Source: Meyerozyma guilliermondii
Taxonomy: Eukaryota
Assembly (NCBI GenBank): GCA_051546255.1
Contig: CP128821.1
Coordinates: forward strand, 806,001 to 870,000
Length of the DNA stretch: 64,000 nt
Direction: 5' to 3'
Shown: positions 10,428 through 18,713 of the stretch, one piece after another
Layout of the letters: every line of letters starts with the position of its first letter
How positions within the stretch are numbered: position 1 is the first letter of the stretch
Notes under the pieces: model-generated
Database searches by the model: none
What the model saw: the letters and a program-made list of their open reading frames with translations, nothing else
What the model was told of the DNA's origin: nothing
Made by a program: the position numbers and the translations under genes

Positions 10428-11504
10428 ATGCAACGGGAGTTTGCACAGTTCTTGATAGCGGCCACCGTTTCGTCTGTGATTCGAGATTCCGCCGTCAAGC
10501 AAGGCGAAGAAGTAGAAGCTGACGTTTCTGACTTTATTACGGCGTTCAATCAGCTAGCACAAAAGTATGACGAAAAGTTCCACAATGGTGGAAAAACAAA
10601 AATTATCTTGGACAGAACTGGTCTAAGTAGAGCGCTCAAAGAACACAATATGGAGTCTATAATGCTGATGAGACAGGGCAAGGTTCGAATACAAGCAGGA
10701 GACGACGATTTCGACGAAAAATTCCAGGCTTTTGTGGTGGAACACACCATGAACTACCTTCAATTAGTGAAAAAAGCCGTGTCAGATTTACCAAAAATGT
10801 ACAGAAGCCAGCAAGAAATCAAGCTTGAGCTACAGAGGAAAGATGAGGAAAAAGAAGCGGAAGAGAAAAAAGAGAAAAACGAAGTGGAAGAAGAAGAGGA
10901 AGCGAAAAACGACGAGGAAGAAGAAATCGAAAAAGAGGAAATGGAAAAAGAAGAAAAGGAAGACGAAAACGAAGACGAAAACGAAGACGAAAACGAAAGT
11001 TACAACGAAGACGAAGACGAAAATGAAGACGAGGAAAGTACTCCCGCTCCAGAAACTCCACTTCCCGAAACCCCAGGCGACTCAAACTCCACCAAACAAA
11101 CTCCAGTTTCTACCCCCTCTCGAAAGCGGTCGTTGTCGCCAGGATCGGTGTCGTCTCAGCGCAAACGGTTCCAGAACATTGCTGTAAATCTTATCAACAG
11201 TATTCAGGCACACCGATTTTCTTCGCCTTTTCTTCAGCCGGTCAATAAAAGATCCGCTCCCGATTACCACAAGTGCATTTACCAGCCAAAAGACCTAAAG
11301 GGCATTCTACGAGCTGTCAAACTGAAACAAAACCCACCGGCTTATGGCCTGGTTAAAGAGCTAGAGCGCGATATTATGCTCATGTTCGCCAACTGTGTCA
11401 TGTTCAACAAGTCTGACGGAGACTTGGTGGAGCTCACGAGAAGCATGAGCAGCGACGTGGCGAACATGTTCAAGATGTTTGAGGAAGCAGAGCTGGACTT
11501 GTAA
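10428..11504 (+). CDS. Bromodomain protein of BRD8/Bdc1 type, probable NuA4/TINTIN subunit (candidate EAF5 orthologue)
   Basis: C-terminal bromodomain (FSSPFLQPV, APDY, QPKDL, ELERDIMLMFANCVMFN) after an acidic linker; start at ATG 10428 (the upstream ORF extension is CT-rich promoter DNA). Confidence 0.8.
   Translation: MQREFAQFLIAATVSSVIRDSAVKQGEEVEADVSDFITAFNQLAQKYDEKFHNGGKTKIILDRTGLSRALKEHNMESIMLMRQGKVRIQAGDDDFDEKFQAFVVEHTMNYLQLVKKAVSDLPKMYRSQQEIKLELQRKDEEKEAEEKKEKNEVEEEEEAKNDEEEEIEKEEMEKEEKEDENEDENEDENESYNEDEDENEDEESTPAPETPLPETPGDSNSTKQTPVSTPSRKRSLSPGSVSSQRKRFQNIAVNLINSIQAHRFSSPFLQPVNKRSAPDYHKCIYQPKDLKGILRAVKLKQNPPAYGLVKELERDIMLMFANCVMFNKSDGDLVELTRSMSSDVANMFKMFEEAELDL
10959..10994 (+). 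repeat. Coding minisatellite (GAAGACGAAAAC)x3 encoding EDEN
   Basis: Three exact 12-nt units in the acidic linker. Confidence 0.85.
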
Positions 11505-11511
11505 CATTTAT

Positions 11512-12957
11512 TCATACAGATATTTGACCGGACGAAACTGACGTCGATCGAACCAAATGCTGCGACTTGGAGTCTACGTTTTCGACTTGTTCTTCAACAA
11601 AAGTCTTTTCTTGCCGCTCTTCGCGGATCTGGAGGTAGCGGATGACACAGACTGTCGCAACACTGGTGAGCAATGTGGCCAACATGGCATAGCAGCCTTT
11701 GCGAAATTTGGGTGCCGTATCAGCACCATAAAACAAAATCGACCACCACGCATTGACGGCATTGCTGAACATGTTCATCGATGCCAAGACGATCGCACGC
11801 TCCTGGAGGTCGTTGGCACAGATCACATTGGCCCAAGCGAAGAAAGTGGCCTGGCCAGCATAGGATATTCCCGAGATATACTGGGCTGCAAATACTATTG
11901 CGTCATGGTGTGGTTTGGCAAGAAGCATGATTGTCGACACCAACATGCAAATCCCAATCAAGACTCCAATTCTCCAGTGATATCGGGCACCAGTCCCATC
12001 AACGTAAAGTGCAAAAGTGAATGTCGCTACCACTCCCACTCCATAAACTCCCATGGGATAATGGTTGATTTGGGGCACGGTGTAGTTGTAGAACTTGAGC
12101 CATAATGCAAACAAAGAATTCGTAGCGTAGGATTCATTTTCTCCTCCCATAACCCAGAGAAACGACAAGAGCCACCAATGCCATCTTCCTATCACTCGCT
12201 TGAAAACTGAAATATCCAATTTGGTTTGCGGTCTCTTTGGCATTCTTGAAACCGCTAGTTGTTTCTCCTCGGCATTAAAGTAGAACGCTTTGCATGTTTC
12301 TGGAGTATCAGGGAAGAAAATGAAGCCATAAATTGCAATTGGAATGGTGATGACAAAGTCAATTATGAACAACCATCTCCAGCCCGCCAACCCATTTTTT
12401 CCATCCATGGTTTCGAAAATCGACGCTTGCATTGTGGAGCTGAAAATATTCCCAATAAGACCTGCGCTGGTGAAAATTGCACTTCGTTTAGTCAATTCGT
12501 CTTCCTTGTACCAAGACCCCAAAATGAGATGAGCACCTGTAAAAGTTGAACTCTCGAACCCAGCTTGAAAGAACCTGATAGCACAGATCTGGCGGAAGTT
12601 GGTAACCTTGTAGATCCCCAAAGTCAAGAGTCCCCAAGCTATAGCACAAAATGTAAGCCAATACCGAGGTCTAACCTTCAACAAAATCAAATTATTGGGG
12701 ATCAAAAACACAACATATCCCACCGTAAAGCATGTGTTGATCACATTGAACTCGTTTCCATGCATATTCAAGTCTTCTTTCATCCCGGAGACGTATGCGT
12801 TAGAAATATTGAGTCGATCAACATAGTTGACCCAGTACAAAAGACACACAAATGAAAGCACAAACCAGTCAATTTTCACCAATAGTCTCGCCTCCTTAGG
12901 GTCTTCAGGTGTGGCCCCCCATACGAGGAGTTTGGCTTTGTGCAAAGCCAGAGTCAT
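11512..12957 (-). CDS. FEN2: MFS anion:cation symporter family permease, pantothenate transporter Fen2/Liz1-like
   Basis: KIDWFVLSFVCL-YWVNYVDR-NAYVSGMKEDL, GLAGWRWLFIIDF, about 12 TM segments; near SLM5 as in S. cerevisiae chr III. Confidence 0.8.
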   Translation of the reverse strand: MTLALHKAKLLVWGATPEDPKEARLLVKIDWFVLSFVCLLYWVNYVDRLNISNAYVSGMKEDLNMHGNEFNVINTCFTVGYVVFLIPNNLILLKVRPRYWLTFCAIAWGLLTLGIYKVTNFRQICAIRFFQAGFESSTFTGAHLILGSWYKEDELTKRSAIFTSAGLIGNIFSSTMQASIFETMDGKNGLAGWRWLFIIDFVITIPIAIYGFIFFPDTPETCKAFYFNAEEKQLAVSRMPKRPQTKLDISVFKRVIGRWHWWLLSFLWVMGGENESYATNSLFALWLKFYNYTVPQINHYPMGVYGVGVVATFTFALYVDGTGARYHWRIGVLIGICMLVSTIMLLAKPHHDAIVFAAQYISGISYAGQATFFAWANVICANDLQERAIVLASMNMFSNAVNAWWSILFYGADTAPKFRKGCYAMLATLLTSVATVCVIRYLQIREERQEKTFVEEQVENVDSKSQHLVRSTSVSSGQISV

Positions 12958-13168
12958 AAATTAGTTGCAAACGACTGCAAAGTGCAGCTGAATAATTTAT
13001 ACGAGCTGCGCGATGACTATAAGAATCGTCTGGACAATTCTTTATTGGAGGTACTTGAGTTGATTTGCAATGGGATGCCAATTGTGTCTGGCAAGTTTAT
13101 ATCAGAAAGATCAATTTTGACCAATTTCTTCAATTTATATCTCCAATTTATATCTCCATTATTTCTGA

Positions 13169-13268
13169 CTTATCGGAATTCCCCACTGCTCACCAATCCC
13201 GATTTCGCAGGTGCGAGATAAGAAGGTGCATTCTACGCAAACATGCCTCAGCTTATCTATTTCTTATC
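13169..13268. promoter_or_regulatory. Cluster of four GATAAG/CTTATC GATA-factor sites upstream of the FEN2-like gene
   Basis: CTTATC 13169, GATAAG 13217, CTTATC 13252, CTTATC 13263. Confidence 0.6.
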
Positions 13269-14908
13269 TACGACTCCATAATCGCCTTCAACGCCTTGAG
13301 AAGCTCCATCACCTTCTCTTCCTCGAATTTGCGCCCCACAACTTGCAAGCAAACGGCTCCACCGTGACTTTCGTCAGCATCGTAGTTGTCGTAAACCGCT
13401 TTGTCGGTTTCACCATAAAAAGTTTCTCTAACCTCCCTAGTATCCAAACCCCGGTCTGCCGTGGTCACAGGAATAGTACCAACGCTGTAATCAACAGCAT
13501 TGAAAGGAGAAGTGTAACCTACGTAGTTTTGAAACTTGCCGTTTGGGTTACCTGGAAATGGAGTAGCAGGAAGAATAATGGCATCAATTGGTCTTCCATT
13601 TCCAGTTGCAGAAGCGGTAGCGTTCCACCTGTCGAGGAATTTCTTGACCAACTTGGTTCTTTCCGCCTGGAGAGCCCACAACGAAGCTACACCTTTTTCT
13701 GGTGCTGTTCCGTACATTTGCATGTATGGAAAGAAAGGCTCGCCGGTCTTGTTGCACTCATCCTTGACGTGTTTACCTCCGTCACTGAGAAAGAACTCTG
13801 TAATGAGCTCAGAAAGCCTCAAGTGTTCCTCTGGGTTCCAGTCAATGACAATATGACCACTTTTAGTGAGTTTTTCACGAACCATTTTCATGCCTCGAAG
13901 CAATGGAGGTGTAGGTCTCACCACTCCATCGTCTTCTAAAACGGCAATGTTAAGAGTTTCTGGCAATTTGACCGTTCTCCAAGGAAGAGGGACAGCTTTA
14001 GGGTCGTATATCCAAGGCTCAGCTCCAACTAATGTTTTGCAGTAAAGTTCAAGACTGTCTATTGACGTCGTGAGTGGTCCATTAACACTGTTAACAGATT
14101 CCAAACCAGGAAGTCCTGATCTAGAGCCATAGGTGGGAAACCGCCCAAAAGTAGGCTTAAGCGAATAAAGATTGTTAAACGAAGCAGGAATTCGAATACT
14201 TCCTCCAATGTCACTTCCAATTCCAAGTGGTGAACCTTTAAGTGCGAGTAGTGCTGCTTCTCCTCCAGAAGATCCTCCAGCACTCAATTTGCGGTTAAGT
14301 GGGTTCGTGGTGTTCCCATAGATGTGGTTGATGGATTCGGGCATCATCATGGCCACGGGAACGTTGGTCTTGACATAAAAAATTGCACCCATATCGCGCA
14401 ACATTGCCAGAATCACCGAGTCCTCACTGAACTTTTCTGGCGAAAAAGAGAACGAAACAATACCAACGGTGGTTGCCTGGCCCTTGACATTGATATTATC
14501 CTTCAAAGAGATGGGCAATCCGTGTAATGGACCTTTAAGTTGGCCGGTGCGCTCATAATACTCATCTAATTCTCGAGCCTGTTGCAACCCTTCGTCGAAG
14601 AAGACCTCACTCAAACAATTGGTAAGTTGGTGAGCTAAAGATGCCCTGTGGCAGAAAGCCTCTGCGACCTCAAACGCTGTCCACACCTTGTCGCGGACTG
14701 CCAGCAAGATCTCCGGCGCAGATGATGCAGTGATTTCAAGCTGTTTTGACGTAAGTTCTCCGCATTTCTCGATCCACCCGATAACACTTGGAGAAGATGC
14801 AGGCGGAAGATTTGCCGGTGCAACAAGCCACTCCTTCTTGAAGTTCTTGTCTCTTTGTAGCCGCTTCTTAGCAGCGATATCTGAATACGTGGGCACGAGC
14901 AATGGCAT
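13268..14908 (-). CDS. Amidase-signature family amidase (acetamidase/Amd2-like)
   Basis: GPLHGLPISLKD, GGSSGGEAAL, GSDIGGSIRIPA (Lys-cisSer-Ser triad). Confidence 0.93.
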   Translation of the reverse strand: MPLLVPTYSDIAAKKRLQRDKNFKKEWLVAPANLPPASSPSVIGWIEKCGELTSKQLEITASSAPEILLAVRDKVWTAFEVAEAFCHRASLAHQLTNCLSEVFFDEGLQQARELDEYYERTGQLKGPLHGLPISLKDNINVKGQATTVGIVSFSFSPEKFSEDSVILAMLRDMGAIFYVKTNVPVAMMMPESINHIYGNTTNPLNRKLSAGGSSGGEAALLALKGSPLGIGSDIGGSIRIPASFNNLYSLKPTFGRFPTYGSRSGLPGLESVNSVNGPLTTSIDSLELYCKTLVGAEPWIYDPKAVPLPWRTVKLPETLNIAVLEDDGVVRPTPPLLRGMKMVREKLTKSGHIVIDWNPEEHLRLSELITEFFLSDGGKHVKDECNKTGEPFFPYMQMYGTAPEKGVASLWALQAERTKLVKKFLDRWNATASATGNGRPIDAIILPATPFPGNPNGKFQNYVGYTSPFNAVDYSVGTIPVTTADRGLDTREVRETFYGETDKAVYDNYDADESHGGAVCLQVVGRKFEEEKVMELLKALKAIMES

Positions 14909-15420
14909 GGTGAAGAATAGTGACTTACACCGGCTTTATACCGGTTATCTCACTAATGCGGCCCAAATGCAATCGGCGCGGAACTTGACGCACCTCCATA
15001 ATCAGGACGTTATCTGGGGACGAATATTTAACCAACCGGAGTCCCCCCAGGTCACAGGGACAAACGGTGCCACTTGCGCACCGATACATTGTGTACGATT
15101 TTGGTAAGTGAATACGCACAAGTGCGGGTTTGGCATTCCGCTGATACCACAATGTCGGATAGTCCCATATTTTTCCAACATGCAAGATGCAACATGTCAA
15201 GACCGTTGACAGGTGCATGCATGGCGCATCTCATCGAATACACTTCAAAGAATGGCGACTTGGAATTCAGTTGTAGCCACCAATGATCGATTAAACGTCA
15301 AATCCTCGGGCAAGGTGCTTTAGTCAGCGTGTCTCTTGCATAGAACGTAAGCGTGGTCTTCTCAGTATACGCCATGGCTTTTGAGGTGCGAAATCTCAAC
15401 CTCATCTCATTTTTCATTAC

Positions 15421-18400
15421 ATGACCGTAACCAACTTTGTGAAGCAAACCAGCTTTCCTGTTGGCTATGCTCCCGCCCATATCACAAAATGGAGATCCGC
15501 ACGTACAGGGCTTCAGCTCACGTATATTGATCAACCTTCGCCGATGGTGAATGGCTACTTTGCAGTGGCCACAGAAATCGAAAATGATTCGGGGTGCCCC
15601 CACACCTTGGAGCATCTCATCTTCATGGGTTCCCACAAATATCCGTATAAAGGGCTCCTAGATAGTCTTGGAAACCGGTTTTTTTCGTCTACAAACGCTT
15701 GGACGGCAGTTGACCAGACGGTGTACACTCTCACCACCGCCGGCTGGGAAGGGTTCAAGACACTCTTACCGATCTATTTGGACCATTTATTCCGCCCCAC
15801 ATTAACAGACGAAGCATGTTTGACGGAGGTCTACCACATAGACGGCAATGGCCAAGAAAAAGGGGTGGTTTTCAGTGAAATGCAAGGCATCGAATCGCAG
15901 CTGTGGTTCATTTCTTTCTTGGAAATGCAGCGGTCGCTCTACCGGGAGTCGTCTGGTTACTCCTCCGAGACAGGAGGGTTGATGTCTGAGCTCCGGAAGT
16001 TGACAAACAACGATATCCGTCAATTTCATCAAGAAAATTATCGTCCCGATAACCTTTGTGTGGTGGTTACAGGCTCGGTAGACCAACAGGAACTTCTCGA
16101 AATTATGGACCAAATTGATAGCGAGCTCCCTACGTTGGAGACTCCTAACAAAAGACCGTTTGTAGATTCTGTCCCTGACGAGCCATTGCAGAAAACTGTC
16201 GTCAAAGAAGTACTTTTTCCTGATACCGACGAGTCCATGGGTGAAGTTCTCGTATCGTGGATTGGGCCTGTAGCCAGTGATACTTTGCTCAATGTTGCAA
16301 TTGATCTTCTTGGCTCCTACTTCAGTGACAGTGCCATTTCCGTGTTCAACAGAGCTTTAATTGAGATAGAAAATCCTTTGGCTACCGATGTGGATTACAG
16401 TACCAACGACTATGTTCGCACCGGTATAATCTTTTCGTTTAGTGGAGTTCCCACAGAATCTCTTCGAGACCTAGACTACAAGATCAAAGAGTTGATCAAG
16501 CACCATTCCAAACCCGAGAACTTTGACTTGAACTATGCTAGAGAACTTATCCATCAGCAGCGACTCAAGTTTATCTCCAAGTGCGAAAAGAGTGCTTCGA
16601 CGTTTTCCAACATTACAATTGAAGAGTTTATCTATGGCAATGTGGACGGGTCTGACTTGAGCAAGTGGACCCAAGACTTGAAGGAATATGACGTCTTGGC
16701 CGGCTGGACCGCAGAAGATTGGGCCAAGGTAATTCATGACCAACTTGTGGTGAACCATCTGGTGACGATTCTTGGAAAGCCGTCGGCGCAGTTGACTGAG
16801 ACTCAAAATCGTGAAAATAAGAAGATAGCAGACGACATATTGGCAAAATACGGCAAAGATGGTCTAAAGAAACTAGGCGAAATCCTCAAGCATGCTCAAG
16901 AACACAACGACAGAGAAATTCCTTCAAGTGTGTTGACTCAGTTTGGTCAACCTGACCCAGAAAAGATTTCTTTCATTACCACACAATCGTACAGAGGTGG
17001 CTTGAATAAGCTTGAAGGTCCCTATGAGGACGACTCTCTTGCACAGAGTATTTCCAAAGATACACCTGCTGAATTTCCATTGTTCATGCATTTTGAACAG
17101 TTCAAATCTCAATTCACCACTGTTCACCTCGTGATGCCGTCGTCGTTTATCGACACCAAATTGCTAAGATACATGTCTGTGCTTGAGGAGATTTTCACAT
17201 TACCTATCAGACTTCCCGACGGAACCATCTTGCCGTACAACGAAGTGATATCTGAGCTCAACAACGACTTTATAGACTTTGAGTTGGACAACGGTTTTGA
17301 CAATCAGTTCCAAGAATTGATAACAGTGAAGGTGAAATTTGAAGTCAAGAACTATGAGAAGGCGATTTCGTGGCTCATCAACGTTATGAAGTATGCTATT
17401 TTTGACAAAAATAGGGTCAAAATTATACTTGAAAAACTCGTCAATTCCATTCCTGATGAGAAACGCAGTGGTGAACTTATGATGTATTCGTGTCAATCCA
17501 GAACCTTGTTCAATGACAGGTCGTTGAAGAAAGCCCAAGACTGTATTCTGAACGAACAGTTTTACAAGGGCTTGTTGGCGAAGATCGAGGACGATGAGTT
17601 TGATGAAATCGAGAAGGATTTGAACAAATTGAGAACTCAATTATTCGATTTGAACGGAATGAAGTTATTTGTTCTTGGCAATTGCACAGATTTGAAAGCA
17701 CCTGTTTCATCCTGGAACAGATTTGTGCAAGAGTTCAAACTGGACAAGGTGCAACCTATTGAGTTCAGCGACTTGCCTCGTTCTTTCAAATATAAATCGG
17801 AAATCGGTGAGAAAATGGCAGACAGAGCGTACATTGTGACAACTCCAGCAACAGAGTCTACGCATCTCATTGTGTCCACGGGCATTCCCACCGACTATTT
17901 GCACGAGGATGTCTTCAAGATTGCATTGGCAAGTGAGTTTTTCACCGCAGTGGAGGGTCCATTTTGGCGCGGTATAAGAGGAACCGGTTTGGCGTATGGA
18001 GCGAGTATCAGACGAGATTTGGAATGTGGAACATTATCGTTCATCATATACAGAGGAGCCGATGGCGAAGGAGCATGGAAAACTGCCAAAGACATCATTC
18101 ACGAATATGCGTCGGAAAAGTTGCAATTTGACAAAATCAACATAGAAAATAGTATTGCAGCCATTGTCAATGCTTTGGCAGATGGAGAGTCCAGCAGCTA
18201 CGACGCCGCCAGTTCCAAGATTGCCGACAACATATTCAAGCACAGGGGCCCTGAGTATGTCAAGTTCTTCTTGAGGAAGCTTAGAACCATCACCAGCAAC
18301 GAACTTGTGGAAATCACCAAAAAGTACTTTATACCAATGTTCGACAGCCGTCACTCGGTGGTGTTTACATGTGTTCCTCCGTCCAAATCGTCTGATTATG

Positions 18401-18516
18401 AAAAGTTTTTTGCTTCGCAGGGATACGACGTTGTAATTGAGGAGATAGCTGCCGATCTGGACTACGAAAGTGGTAGCGAAGGTAGCGAGAGTGAGAGTGA
18501 AAGTGAACTGGAATAG
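15421..18516 (+). CDS. SDD3: M16 family zinc metallopeptidase (Sdd3/YOL098C-like)
   Basis: Inverted zinc motif HTLEH (DSGCPHTLEHLIFMGS), TNAWT, GVVFSEMQ, EGPFWRGIRGTGLAYGA. Confidence 0.85.
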   Translation: MTVTNFVKQTSFPVGYAPAHITKWRSARTGLQLTYIDQPSPMVNGYFAVATEIENDSGCPHTLEHLIFMGSHKYPYKGLLDSLGNRFFSSTNAWTAVDQTVYTLTTAGWEGFKTLLPIYLDHLFRPTLTDEACLTEVYHIDGNGQEKGVVFSEMQGIESQLWFISFLEMQRSLYRESSGYSSETGGLMSELRKLTNNDIRQFHQENYRPDNLCVVVTGSVDQQELLEIMDQIDSELPTLETPNKRPFVDSVPDEPLQKTVVKEVLFPDTDESMGEVLVSWIGPVASDTLLNVAIDLLGSYFSDSAISVFNRALIEIENPLATDVDYSTNDYVRTGIIFSFSGVPTESLRDLDYKIKELIKHHSKPENFDLNYARELIHQQRLKFISKCEKSASTFSNITIEEFIYGNVDGSDLSKWTQDLKEYDVLAGWTAEDWAKVIHDQLVVNHLVTILGKPSAQLTETQNRENKKIADDILAKYGKDGLKKLGEILKHAQEHNDREIPSSVLTQFGQPDPEKISFITTQSYRGGLNKLEGPYEDDSLAQSISKDTPAEFPLFMHFEQFKSQFTTVHLVMPSSFIDTKLLRYMSVLEEIFTLPIRLPDGTILPYNEVISELNNDFIDFELDNGFDNQFQELITVKVKFEVKNYEKAISWLINVMKYAIFDKNRVKIILEKLVNSIPDEKRSGELMMYSCQSRTLFNDRSLKKAQDCILNEQFYKGLLAKIEDDEFDEIEKDLNKLRTQLFDLNGMKLFVLGNCTDLKAPVSSWNRFVQEFKLDKVQPIEFSDLPRSFKYKSEIGEKMADRAYIVTTPATESTHLIVSTGIPTDYLHEDVFKIALASEFFTAVEGPFWRGIRGTGLAYGASIRRDLECGTLSFIIYRGADGEGAWKTAKDIIHEYASEKLQFDKINIENSIAAIVNALADGESSSYDAASSKIADNIFKHRGPEYVKFFLRKLRTITSNELVEITKKYFIPMFDSRHSVVFTCVPPSKSSDYEKFFASQGYDVVIEEIAADLDYESGSEGSESESESELE

Positions 18517-18630
18517 CTGCAAAAAGTATCAAGTATAATAGCAATATCAATAATAAAGTTTTGATTCATAGACTTCTTGTAGTCAACACATTCTCTATAA
18601 TACCGTTTTTCTTTACTTATAGTTATTCTT

Positions 18631-18650
18631 TTCGCCACCATGAAGGCAAT
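18631..18650. promoter_or_regulatory. Rpn4/PACE-like elements upstream of the UFD1-domain gene
   Basis: TTCGCCACC (reverse GGTGGCGAA) followed by GAAGGCAA. Confidence 0.5.
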
Positions 18651-18713
18651 TTGCACTTATTCGATTACAAATATCTTCTCGTTCGCACTTTTCGCAACCT
18701 CAACTTGCAACTC

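Noticed and set aside
10825..11187. Lys/Thr-rich ORF (KTKTKT)
   Set aside because: Shifted-frame reading of the GAA/GAC acidic linker of the bromodomain gene
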